Source of the DNA: an uncultured Bacteroidia bacterium
GTDB taxonomy: Bacteria > Bacteroidota > Bacteroidia > JANWVE01
Direction of reading: 5' to 3'
Assembly: GCA_938028625.1 (NCBI GenBank)
Contig: CALIZB010000035.1
Location: 1-62,115, forward strand
Length of the DNA: 62,115 nt
Part shown: piece by piece, positions 38,150 to 47,309 of the stretch
Numbering within the stretch: position 1 is the first letter of the stretch
How the letters are laid out: each line of letters starts with the position of its first letter
Made by a program: the position numbers and the translations under genes
Notes under the pieces: model-generated
Told to the model about the DNA's origin: nothing
What the model saw: only the letters and a program-made list of their open reading frames with translations
Database searches by the model: none

Positions 38150-39586
38150 ATGGATAAAATTAACCTTGTGTGGCTAAAAAGAGATATTCGCACCCAAGAC
38201 CATGAACCGCTTCACCTTGCAGAACAACACAACTTACCTTACCTAATCCTGTTTATTTTTGAACCGCTAATTATTCAATATCCTGATGCCTCTCCGCGCC
38301 ATTTACAGTTTCAATATCACTGCATTAAAGAAATGAATGAAACACTATATTCATTTGGACATAAAGTACATGTTTTTTATGGTGATGCTATACATATTTT
38401 TGAGTTTTTAACCCAAAAATATGAAGTAAAAAACATATTCAGTTATCAGGAAACAGGCTTAAATCACACTTTTGAACGGGATAAAAAGCTAAAATTATTT
38501 TTTCAAAGTAAAGGTATACAATGGCAGGAAATTCAAAAAGCAGGAGTACAAAGAGGTTCTTTGTATGTAAGAGAAAAATGGCAAGAAAATTTTCAAGGCT
38601 ATGTAGATAAACCTGCTATAAACAATACTTTTTCATCAGAAAAAACAATTCTATTAACACATAACCCTTTTGAGTTACCGTTTTATCTTCAAAATAATCT
38701 ACAAAACTATCCCTCACAATATCAGCCTGCGGGAGAAAAATACGCATGGAAGTACTTAACCACTTTTGTAAAGGAAAGAGGCATAAAATACATGCAGAGT
38801 ATATCCAAACCACAGGAAAGCAGATACCACAGTAGCAGACTATCACCGTATCTTGCATGGGGAAGTTTGTCCATAAGGCAAGTGTATCAAACTGTTATTC
38901 AAAGTGAAAATTATGTCAGATACCCAAGAAGTTATGAAGCATTTATCTCGCGTTTATGGTGGCAGAGTTACTTTATCCAAAAATTAGAAAAAAAGCCAAA
39001 CTATGAAACGAACTGCATTCAACCTGCTTTTGAAGATATACCATTCGGTCAAGATGAAGTAAAGTTAAACGCATGGAAAAAAGGTAAAACAGGCATTCCA
39101 CTCATAGATGCGTGTATGAGATGTTTACATTCAACAGGATGGATAAACTTCCGTATGCGTGCTATGCTTGTATCTTTTTTATGCCATTATCTTGAAATAG
39201 ACTGGAAATTAGGCATGTATCATTTAGCACAACTTTTTTTAGATTATGAACCAGGTATACACTATCCCCAGTTTCAGATGCAGGCAGGTGTTTCTGGCAA
39301 TCCTATTATCAGAGCATACAACCCCATCAAACAAAGTAAAGAAAAAGACCCCGATGCTATATTTATCAAAAAATGGCTTCCTGAACTCTCTCTTTTGCCC
39401 AAAGAACTTATTCATGAACCGTGGAAAATCAGTAGCATAGAAGCAAAAATGTATAACTTTTCATTAGAAAAAGATTATTGCAATCCTATCATTATTCCTG
39501 AAAAAGCAGATTTTACCTTGCTTAAAAAACTATGGAAAATAAAAAAACTTATCAAGAGCAATAAACCCGAAATAAAGCAGGAATAA
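38150..39586 (+). CDS. Cryptochrome/DNA photolyase family protein
   Basis: WLKRDIR..D, SRLSPYLAWG, GWINFRMRAM and LFLDYEPGIH. Confidence 0.9.
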   Translation: MDKINLVWLKRDIRTQDHEPLHLAEQHNLPYLILFIFEPLIIQYPDASPRHLQFQYHCIKEMNETLYSFGHKVHVFYGDAIHIFEFLTQKYEVKNIFSYQETGLNHTFERDKKLKLFFQSKGIQWQEIQKAGVQRGSLYVREKWQENFQGYVDKPAINNTFSSEKTILLTHNPFELPFYLQNNLQNYPSQYQPAGEKYAWKYLTTFVKERGIKYMQSISKPQESRYHSSRLSPYLAWGSLSIRQVYQTVIQSENYVRYPRSYEAFISRLWWQSYFIQKLEKKPNYETNCIQPAFEDIPFGQDEVKLNAWKKGKTGIPLIDACMRCLHSTGWINFRMRAMLVSFLCHYLEIDWKLGMYHLAQLFLDYEPGIHYPQFQMQAGVSGNPIIRAYNPIKQSKEKDPDAIFIKKWLPELSLLPKELIHEPWKISSIEAKMYNFSLEKDYCNPIIIPEKADFTLLKKLWKIKKLIKSNKPEIKQE

Positions 39587-39610
39587 ATAAATCTTCTTTA
39601 CCTTTGTGGC

Positions 39611-40402
39611 ATGAGCGTTATTCAAGCCATTATTTTAGCTATTATTGAAGGTATTACGGAGTTTTTACCTATCTCTTCTACGGGACACATGATTATTGCT
39701 TCTTCCTCTATGGGCATAGCAGAACAAGATTTTACTAAAACCTACACCGTAATGATACAGTTTGGAGCTATTTTATCCGTGTTAGTTTTGTATTGGAAAC
39801 GCTTAATTCAAAGTATAGATATTTATTTCAAATTAGCTTATGCATTTATCCCTACGGCTATACTCGGTTTTTTACTCAATGACGTGATAGATAATTTATT
39901 AGAAAGTCCGCTTACAGTAGCTATTACGCTTATTCTAGGGGGAGTTATTCTTATTTTTGTAGACAAATGGTTTAAACAACCCGAAAAAGAACCTGAAACG
40001 TTGAATTTAAATCCTGTTTCAGCTGTAAAAATTGGCTTATTTCAAGCTATTTCAATGATTCCTGGGGTTTCAAGGTCTGCGGCAAGCATTATTGGCGGTA
40101 TGATAGTCGGTTTAACTCGCAAACAAGCCGCTGAATTTTCATTTTTACTCGCCATTCCTACTATGTTCGCCGCCGCAGGATACAAACTGTACAAATATCT
40201 TAAACTCATGAAACAAAATGCCACCTCTCTTTCTGATACAGATTTTATCAATTTAATTGTAGGTAATCTTGTAGCTTTTATCGTAGCCGTGATAGCTATT
40301 AAGGCATTTATTCATTTACTTACAAGATATGGCTTTAAATGGTTTGGTGTGTATAGAATTATTGTAGGCGTTATTATTTTGGCAGTATTACTTTTGAAAT
40401 AA
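39611..40402 (+). CDS. uppP: Undecaprenyl-diphosphatase
   Basis: EGITEFLPISSTGH, PGVSRS and AAEFSF. Confidence 0.96.
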   Translation: MSVIQAIILAIIEGITEFLPISSTGHMIIASSSMGIAEQDFTKTYTVMIQFGAILSVLVLYWKRLIQSIDIYFKLAYAFIPTAILGFLLNDVIDNLLESPLTVAITLILGGVILIFVDKWFKQPEKEPETLNLNPVSAVKIGLFQAISMIPGVSRSAASIIGGMIVGLTRKQAAEFSFLLAIPTMFAAAGYKLYKYLKLMKQNATSLSDTDFINLIVGNLVAFIVAVIAIKAFIHLLTRYGFKWFGVYRIIVGVIILAVLLLK

Positions 40403-40415
40403 GATAAATCTTAAC

Positions 40416-40958
40416 ATGGCTGACGAACTTGAAAAACTCAAATTAGATGCATTAGGGCGACTTTCCATAGAAGAGTTTAAGCAAAGTAATAAGTTTCCCG
40501 CAGTAGTTGTATTAGAAAATGTGCGTTCTGCTATGAACGTAGGCGCTATTTTTCGCACTGCTGATGCTTTTGCCATAGAAAAACTTTACTTATGTGGGTA
40601 TACACCTACGCCCCCGCATAAAGACATCATGCGTACCGCACTCGGTAGTGTAGAAAGTGTAAATTGGGAACATCACGCAGATACACAAACCGTTCTTAAT
40701 GTGCTTAAAAATCAAGGCTATACAATTTGTGGAGTAGAACAAACTAATAAAAGTATAGAGCTACAAAATATCTCTATAATGCCCAAAGTAGCTTTTATTG
40801 TAGGCAATGAAGTTGACGGAGTAAATGAAGAAACTTTATTACAATGTGATGCTATCCTAGAAATTCCGCAGTTTGGGACAAAACATTCTCTAAATGTAAG
40901 TGTAGCTACGAGTATTGTTTTATGGCACTGGCTTTATGTTTCCCAAATCCAAAAATAG
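40416..40958 (+). CDS. SpoU/TrmH-family RNA methyltransferase
   Basis: NVGAIFRTADA, GNEVDG and EIPQFGTKHSLNVS. Confidence 0.92.
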   Translation: MADELEKLKLDALGRLSIEEFKQSNKFPAVVVLENVRSAMNVGAIFRTADAFAIEKLYLCGYTPTPPHKDIMRTALGSVESVNWEHHADTQTVLNVLKNQGYTICGVEQTNKSIELQNISIMPKVAFIVGNEVDGVNEETLLQCDAILEIPQFGTKHSLNVSVATSIVLWHWLYVSQIQK

Positions 40959-42463
40959 GGTTCAGTAATAGGTTTTTGCAAAATATTTTCCCAAAGTGTG
41001 TTACCATATATTGCATACGTGCTTAAATAGCTAAATATGCGTTCCTGCCACTTTCCATAAGGTAAAACGGCATCATACAAATCGGTTATTTTTTGAGTAA
41101 AAATGCTTTCTCTTTTTTGTGTTTCTTTACGAATTTTGGTATAAAAGTGCTTCCATTGCTTTTCTATGCGGGTTACAGTTGCCATAGCGGATTGTTCCAA
41201 ACCTAATTTTTGATTTCGTGCAAAATGAAGTAAAGCAGTATTAAAATGCTCTAACTGCTGTTCTAACTCTGTAAATTCTTTATTTTGAGATACTTGTTTT
41301 TCAAAATATCTTGCTATAAATGCGTTTTTTTGAGTATTAAGCAAAGTAAGCAAGTCTAATTTGTATTTTTGTAAAGCAGAAATTTGTTTTGTAGACAGCT
41401 GAACACCAAAATAACGCGGTACTAATACAGGAAATGGCACTTGAAAGGCTTCAAACGTAGATTTTATCTGTAACCAATACGCAATCTCCGTAGGTCCGCC
41501 GATATATGCTATATTAGGAAGTATAAGCTCTTGGTAAATAGGTCTTAACAAAACATTTGGGCTAATATGCTGCGGTTTATTTGGATTGATAACATGAATA
41601 TCATTATTCCATTTCTCGCGCAGATTATTTTGATAAATGTAAAAAAGATTGACTCTATTAGGATTAGCATACGTTTTATAGCCTGATGCGTGTAATTCAT
41701 CAATAGTTTTTAGAACCGTTTTGTAAGTTACATTTTCTTTGATTTCTTTTTCTGCAATCGGTAAAAATTTAGCTTTTAATTCGGGTACATGTGCATCTAA
41801 AACTAATATGCCAAGATGTCCAAATAGTTTTTGAATAAATAAACGTATGGCTTGGCTTAGTGTAAAATTAGATGTAAAGCATTGAGAGAGAAGTTGATTT
41901 GTATGATTAGCATATAATCCTTTGTCTAATGTATTGAAAAGTATTTCCAACGTATTCTCAATATTATACAAAGGTAAGTTACCTGTAATTCCTTGATAAT
42001 TGGTAGGATAGTGAATTTTCTCTCTGTCTGCGTATAAGGTTTGAATTTCAGCTACATCATGGTCTTCGGAAGCTAACCAGAATATAGGTACAATTTTGTA
42101 CTTATCTGATTGATTTTGCAAGGTGCGTGTATATGCAACCGTTGCCAAAATTTTATATGCAACAAACCAAGGTCCTCCAAAAAGACACAGTTGGTGTCCC
42201 GTAGTAACAGTAAAGGTATTTTCATTCTTTAGAGCAAGTAGATTTTGTTTTTGTTCAGGATACAGAGAAATATCTTGATACTGCTTTGTTAAAACAGTGT
42301 ATAGAGTATTACGGTCTATATTTTTATGCTTTTGCAGTTGTATAAGCGTTTCAATAGATGCCGTAGCATAATGTGCATTGTAGTAAGGTTGTAGCGTTTC
42401 TGAATTTTGTATGTAATCACGAAATAAATTCGGAAGTGCGTTTATTTCACTGAGAGAAATCAT
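40934..42463 (-). CDS. bshC: Bacillithiol biosynthesis cysteine-adding enzyme
   Basis: VTTGHQL, FWLASEDHD, SPNVLLRP.YQE, GGPTEIAYW and QER. Confidence 0.92.
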   Translation of the reverse strand: MISLSEINALPNLFRDYIQNSETLQPYYNAHYATASIETLIQLQKHKNIDRNTLYTVLTKQYQDISLYPEQKQNLLALKNENTFTVTTGHQLCLFGGPWFVAYKILATVAYTRTLQNQSDKYKIVPIFWLASEDHDVAEIQTLYADREKIHYPTNYQGITGNLPLYNIENTLEILFNTLDKGLYANHTNQLLSQCFTSNFTLSQAIRLFIQKLFGHLGILVLDAHVPELKAKFLPIAEKEIKENVTYKTVLKTIDELHASGYKTYANPNRVNLFYIYQNNLREKWNNDIHVINPNKPQHISPNVLLRPIYQELILPNIAYIGGPTEIAYWLQIKSTFEAFQVPFPVLVPRYFGVQLSTKQISALQKYKLDLLTLLNTQKNAFIARYFEKQVSQNKEFTELEQQLEHFNTALLHFARNQKLGLEQSAMATVTRIEKQWKHFYTKIRKETQKRESIFTQKITDLYDAVLPYGKWQERIFSYLSTYAIYGNTLWENILQKPITEPYFWIWET

Positions 42464-42472
42464 ATTTTAATT

Positions 42473-42871
42473 TTAAGGTGTATTTTGTGCATTTTTACTT
42501 TGTTCTATTGTCCATTTCATAAGATATTTGACTTCAAATACCGTAAAAATAAGATATGTAACAAAAAAAGCTACTACAAATTGTACTTTGAAAGGTTTAT
42601 ATTGCCATATACAGATGAGGGTAGCAGTTATACTCAACGCAAACTTAATGAGCATACTACTGATAATCTTATTCATAAATTGATAATGTTGAGTATTCTG
42701 TATTCCTTGGTAGATTATCCATGTAGAGAGTACAGCAATAGTGCCTGAGGTGAGTACAGCAATGCTAGCGACCCATATTCCCACCTGGTCAGCCCATAGA
42801 TAAAATATAGGTAACAAAATAAGTGTAGTAATCAAAATGAGTAAAGACAGGTTTTTAAGGTAATTTTTCAT
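42473..42871 (-). CDS. Four-TM hypothetical membrane protein (AtpI-like topology)
   Basis: Four hydrophobic segments with an FM...K...FF..Y..F..FE pattern. Co-oriented with bshC. Confidence 0.55.
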   Translation of the reverse strand: MKNYLKNLSLLILITTLILLPIFYLWADQVGIWVASIAVLTSGTIAVLSTWIIYQGIQNTQHYQFMNKIISSMLIKFALSITATLICIWQYKPFKVQFVVAFFVTYLIFTVFEVKYLMKWTIEQSKNAQNTP

Positions 42872-42893
42872 ATTTTCGCAAAAATACAGAAAT

Positions 42894-43379
42894 ATGCACA
42901 CACTTTGGGCAGAGATAATAGTTAGTATAGGTTTATTGCTGATAAAACATGATTTTCATGCGTCTATGACAAAAATAGAGTATTCTACTAAAAATCAGTC
43001 TTTGCAGTGTATTATGCATGTATTTACTGATGATTTAGAACTTGCTCTATCTAACTTTCACCAAAGAGAAATAAAATATCAGGAAAATAAAACAGATACC
43101 GAAATTATACCTTACTTGAAAAGTGTTTTTATAGTGAGAACAAACAAAAATAAAATCTTACCAATAGAATACATAGGTTCTGCTCGCAAACCTAATACCG
43201 TGCAACTTTACTTTGAATTACCTTGCTCCAAAAGCGAACTAAAACAACTTTCTATCACGCATAGTCTACTTTTTAATGAATTTAACGACCAAGTAAATAC
43301 TATCAATTTTTATGTACTTGGCGAGAAAAAAAGTTTGGTATTTACTAATTCCGAAGGCACAAAGGTGATAACATTTTGA
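42894..43379 (+). CDS. DUF6702-like periplasmic protein
   Basis: HDFHASMT, FTDDLE and DQVN motifs. Confidence 0.75.
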   Translation: MHTLWAEIIVSIGLLLIKHDFHASMTKIEYSTKNQSLQCIMHVFTDDLELALSNFHQREIKYQENKTDTEIIPYLKSVFIVRTNKNKILPIEYIGSARKPNTVQLYFELPCSKSELKQLSITHSLLFNEFNDQVNTINFYVLGEKKSLVFTNSEGTKVITF

Positions 43380-43451
43380 TAAATGAGTATTTTTTGTCTA
43401 AAATTGAGTAATTAGCTTAACAATAGATTTGAATTTTTTTGAGGGTTAGAG

Positions 43452-43567
43452 TTGCGTGAGGCATGCGGAGGGTATGCGTTAGCATAGTGCGAAGCACCGC
43501 AGCGTGAGCGTAGCCCGTAGCACGCCGACCTGAACCCTGAGCTTGCCGAAGGGTGAAGGACACGCCC
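43452..43567 (+). repeat. Dispersed structured GC-rich intergenic repeat, copy 4
   Basis: TTGCGTGAGGCATGCGGAGGG...GTGCGAAGCAC...CCGACCTGAACCCTGAGCTTGCCGAAGGGTGAAGGACACGCCC. Confidence 0.92.
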
Positions 43568-43598
43568 AAAAAATAAAAATTTACTTGTGTAATATCAG

Positions 43599-44018
43599 TT
43601 ATTGCGTATTTGTATGTTTTTTAATCGCTATGGTAATTTTTCTCTGAATGATATTATCTGGTATGGCTTTGTATTGAGCAGAATTTTTGAAATTCTTTAA
43701 ATGTTCTATCCAGCGTTGCCACTGAACTTGTACTGAATAGGGAATATCCTGTGGGAGCAGTTCGCATACAGCTACTAACAAATCTCCTTCGTAGAATTTA
43801 GCTTTTATCCATAAATCCTGTTGCAAAAGAGATAAAGCCAAAGGTAAAATATACTCAGAGTATAGTTTGCGTTCTGTAAGAATGCGTATATCATCAGGCG
43901 TAAAATCCTGCAAAGGTTTTATCATAAGGCGATTTACCTTTTTATCTTCCACACTTATAGGTGCATTTTCTAATTCAGGATAATATACTGCTCCTGCAAG
44001 TTCAGCCAAAGTTTGCAT
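43599..44018 (-). CDS. Orphan CDI-type immunity protein (CdiI_3-like)
   Basis: KPLQDFTPDDIRIL...LPLAL..L...FYEGDLL pattern. Confidence 0.7.
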   Translation of the reverse strand: MQTLAELAGAVYYPELENAPISVEDKKVNRLMIKPLQDFTPDDIRILTERKLYSEYILPLALSLLQQDLWIKAKFYEGDLLVAVCELLPQDIPYSVQVQWQRWIEHLKNFKNSAQYKAIPDNIIQRKITIAIKKHTNTQ

Positions 44019-44100
44019 ATATGTATAACAATATCTCAAAAGATAAAATTACTATTTGATATTTCTTGTCATATAAGACTTTTACTTTACTTTTGCTTGT

Positions 44101-45480
44101 ATGGCAAATGCGTTTAAGAAAGAAATCCGTTTGTATGACGCCGTAATGCTGGTAGCAGGCACTATGATAGGTTCAGGAATTTATTTGGTTACAGCAGACA
44201 TAGCACGTAATGTACAAAGTGCAGGATATATGTTGTTAGTTTGGGTCATATCGGGGGTTATTACCTTATTTGGCGCATTAAGTTACGGAGAACTCACCAG
44301 CATGATGCCCAAAGCAGGCGGACAGTACGTATTTTTACAGCGTTCGTACAACAACATGGTGGCTTTTTTGTATGGTTGGACGCTTTTTATGGTTATTCAG
44401 ACAGGAACAATAGCCGCCGTAGGCATAGGGTTTGCTAAATTCACAGGAGTTTTTATTCCTGTATTATCAGAAAGTTTTTTAGAAATAGGTGTATTCAAAC
44501 TCACTTATCAGCAGTTTTTGGCTGTATTTACGATATTTTTGCTCACATATATGAACACGCGCGGGGTAAAATATGGCAAGTATATACAAAATTTGTTTGG
44601 GAGTACAAAAATCATTGCGCTGATAGTGCTGGTATTAGCAGGCTTTTTTATGATGAATAGTGAGGTAATCAAGCAAAATTTTACTCATGCATGGCAATTT
44701 AATTCCACCACACAAAATAATTCTTTATTAGTTGCAATAGGCATAGGTTTAGTAGGTGCTTTATTTTCTAGTGATGCATGGAATAATATCTCTTTTGCAG
44801 GAGATGAGGTAGTTAATCCACAAAAAACGATAAGAAAAAGTTTGTTTATAGGTGTGTTGTTAGTTGTGGTTTTGTATGTATTAGTGAATGTTGTGTATCT
44901 AAGCATTTTACCTATTACGGATATACAACATGCACCTGAGGACAGAGTAGCCATTGCGGTAGCCGCACAAACAGGAGGAAAGTGGTTAATTTATCTGCTT
45001 ACCATACTAATTATGATTTCTACATTCAGTTGTTTGAATGGTTGTATTTTATCAGGGGCAAGAGTATATTATCAGATGGCAAAAGATGGACTATTTTTTA
45101 GACAAGTAGGCAAACTTAATGTACATGGTGTTCCTGCAAAATCCTTATGGTATCAGGGTGTATGGGCGAGTGTACTTTGTTTTTCAGGTACATACAGCAA
45201 TTTGCTGAACTATGTTATGTTTGCTGTGATTGTATTTTATATTCTGACCATTGCGGGGCTTTTTATTTTGCGCAAAAAAGAACCTGATGCAGAAAGACCC
45301 TACAAAACTCCTGGTTATCCTGTTATTCCTGCTTTGTACATTGTTTTTACCACAATATTTATTATTTTGCTGTTAATGAGCAGTTCTGAATATGCCGCAG
45401 GTAGTTTAGTTATTGTATGTGCAGGTATTCCTGCGTATTATGGGTTTAAGAAAATGAGTTTTAAGAGCAATAAAACATAG
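44101..45480 (+). CDS. APC-family amino acid permease
   Basis: GTMIGSGI, YGEL..MMPKAGGQY and ERPYKTPGYP. About 12 TMs. Confidence 0.93.
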   Translation: MANAFKKEIRLYDAVMLVAGTMIGSGIYLVTADIARNVQSAGYMLLVWVISGVITLFGALSYGELTSMMPKAGGQYVFLQRSYNNMVAFLYGWTLFMVIQTGTIAAVGIGFAKFTGVFIPVLSESFLEIGVFKLTYQQFLAVFTIFLLTYMNTRGVKYGKYIQNLFGSTKIIALIVLVLAGFFMMNSEVIKQNFTHAWQFNSTTQNNSLLVAIGIGLVGALFSSDAWNNISFAGDEVVNPQKTIRKSLFIGVLLVVVLYVLVNVVYLSILPITDIQHAPEDRVAIAVAAQTGGKWLIYLLTILIMISTFSCLNGCILSGARVYYQMAKDGLFFRQVGKLNVHGVPAKSLWYQGVWASVLCFSGTYSNLLNYVMFAVIVFYILTIAGLFILRKKEPDAERPYKTPGYPVIPALYIVFTTIFIILLLMSSSEYAAGSLVIVCAGIPAYYGFKKMSFKSNKT

Positions 45481-45611
45481 TATTTTTTTGAAACACTTAA
45501 AAATCAAGCACGTAGAACAGTAAAAATTGTTTTTAGTTGTTTTTTTAAATAAAAAATTTTGTAGATTACAAAATGACTATTACTTTTGCAGTCCTGATTT
45601 TATTGACAAAT

Positions 45612-45965
45612 ATGCCACAGTACGAAACAACGTTTATTTTGACACCTACGCTGAGCGTGGAAGAGGCTAAAACAGCATTTGAAAAATTTTTGAATGTTGC
45701 CAAAGAAGGGGGCGCTACGATAATCCATACAGAAGAGATGGGCTTAAAAACTTTAGCCTATCCTATCAAGAAAAAAACAAGCGGATATTACTTTTATTTT
45801 GAGTTTCAGGCACCAGGTACACTCATCAGCAAGTTAGAGCGTGAATATCAGATAGACACGAATGTGTTACGTTTTTTAACGGTAACTTTAGACAAACACG
45901 CTATTGCTTTCAATATCAAAAGACGTGAGGGTGCTTTCAACCAACCTAAAACTACTACAGAGTAA
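45612..45965 (+). CDS. rpsF: 30S ribosomal protein S6
   Basis: YETTFILTP and GLKTLAYPI. ATG 45612, with -7 box TACTTTTG at 45581. Confidence 0.96.
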   Translation: MPQYETTFILTPTLSVEEAKTAFEKFLNVAKEGGATIIHTEEMGLKTLAYPIKKKTSGYYFYFEFQAPGTLISKLEREYQIDTNVLRFLTVTLDKHAIAFNIKRREGAFNQPKTTTE

Positions 45966-46010
45966 TTATTTTATCAAAAAGCAAACATTTAACCTAAAAT
46001 ACAGATAACG

Positions 46011-46460
46011 ATGGCTGATTTAAAGATGCCCGAAATCAACAGTGTAGTTGTTGTGGGCAATTTGACAAAAGATCCTATGTTCAGAGAAACAAGTTCCGGT
46101 ACTCCTGTTGTAAACTTTACCATTGCTTCTAACCGTAAATACAAAGATGCAATGGGCAACTGGCAAGAAGACGTTTGCTATGTAGGGGTTGTAGCATGGA
46201 ACAAATTAGCAGAAAGCTGTAAAAACAACCTTAAACGCGGTTCTGCTGTACTTATAGACGGGGAACTGCAAAGCCGCAGTTGGAAAACAGAAGAAGGACA
46301 CAACCGCAGCGTTGTGGAAATCAAAGCAAGAAGAATTCAGTTCCTGAATAAAAATTATAAGAAACAGAGTAATGACAACAATCACTTTATTGCAGAAGAA
46401 GATGAAGACAGCTACATGGAAGACCCTAAATTCTTAAACGAAAACATGAATCACGAATAG
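46011..46460 (+). CDS. ssb: Single-stranded DNA-binding protein
   Basis: NSVVVVGNLTKDP, VAWNKLAE and GELQSRSW. Acidic tail. Confidence 0.93.
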   Translation: MADLKMPEINSVVVVGNLTKDPMFRETSSGTPVVNFTIASNRKYKDAMGNWQEDVCYVGVVAWNKLAESCKNNLKRGSAVLIDGELQSRSWKTEEGHNRSVVEIKARRIQFLNKNYKKQSNDNNHFIAEEDEDSYMEDPKFLNENMNHE

Positions 46461-46482
46461 AGATTAAAATATAGTTAATCGT

Positions 46483-46767
46483 ATGAAAAAACAAATCATA
46501 GGGCAGGAAGCGCCACAGTTGATACAGCCCCCTGCCACCATAGGTACAGAGGTTAAAAAGAAGTACTGTCGTTTCAAAAAATCAGGCATCAAGCATATAG
46601 ATTACAGAGATGTAAACTTTTTGATGAAGTTTTTGAACGAACAAGGCAAAATTTTACCTCGCCGTATCACTGGTACCAGCTTAAAATTTCAACGTAAAAT
46701 CGCTATCGCCGTAAAGCGCGCAAGGCATTTAGCCATTTTACCTTATGTTGCAGACGGATTAAAATAG
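46483..46767 (+). CDS. rpsR: 30S ribosomal protein S18
   Basis: [20 protein letters not shown] and AVKRAR. Confidence 0.97.
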   Translation: MKKQIIGQEAPQLIQPPATIGTEVKKKYCRFKKSGIKHIDYRDVNFLMKFLNEQGKILPRRITGTSLKFQRKIAIAVKRARHLAILPYVADGLK

Positions 46768-46779
46768 GAGGAAAGCATT

Positions 46780-47232
46780 ATGGAAATTATCTTAAAACAA
46801 GACATTAAAGGATTAGGTCTGAAAGATGACATTATTAAAGTAAAAGATGGTTATGCCAATAACTTTCTTATCCCCAGAGGCATGGCAGTTCCTGCTACAG
46901 CTTCAAACAAAAAAGTTCTGGCAGAAAACCTCAGACAAATTGCCTTAAAACAGGAAAAAATTAAAGCCATAGCACAAGAAAAAGCTAGTAAATTAGAAGG
47001 TGTTTCTGTCCAGATTGTTGCTTTAACTGGTGAGGACGGCAGAATATTTGGTTCTGTAACTACCAACCAGATTGCAGAAGCCCTAAAAAACAAAGGGATT
47101 GAAGTGGACAGAAGACGCATCATCATTGATGATGAGATTAAATTTATTGGCACTTATACAGCTACCATTAACTTGCACCGTGAAATCAAAGTGAAAATAG
47201 GTCTGGAAATTGTGAAAAAAGACAAAGAGTAA
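46780..47232 (+). CDS. rplI: 50S ribosomal protein L9
   Basis: MEIIL, VKDGYANNFLIP and GRIFGSVT. Confidence 0.97.
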   Translation: MEIILKQDIKGLGLKDDIIKVKDGYANNFLIPRGMAVPATASNKKVLAENLRQIALKQEKIKAIAQEKASKLEGVSVQIVALTGEDGRIFGSVTTNQIAEALKNKGIEVDRRRIIIDDEIKFIGTYTATINLHREIKVKIGLEIVKKDKE

Positions 47233-47259
47233 ACTCTGTAACTTTTTTAGCTCATAATG

Positions 47260-47299
47260 AAAAAACACCTGCCATAAAAACTGTGCAGGCGTTTTTTTT
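47260..47299. terminator. Bidirectional intrinsic terminator between rplI and wecB
   Basis: AAAAAACACCTGC-loop-GCAGGCGTTTTTTTT. Confidence 0.75.
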
Positions 47300-47309
47300 A
47301 TCTCTGCTG

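Noticed and set aside
40934-42463. bshC plus a DinB/BstA-like gene as an unusual bacillithiol system
   Set aside because: Bacillithiol-type thiol genes are already known in Bacteroidota, and the two genes are not linked.
630-43567. GC-rich repeats as tRNAs, CRISPR repeats or simple terminators
   Set aside because: They show no cloverleaf, T-loop or CCA, are dispersed rather than arrayed with spacers, and are much longer and more branched than terminators.
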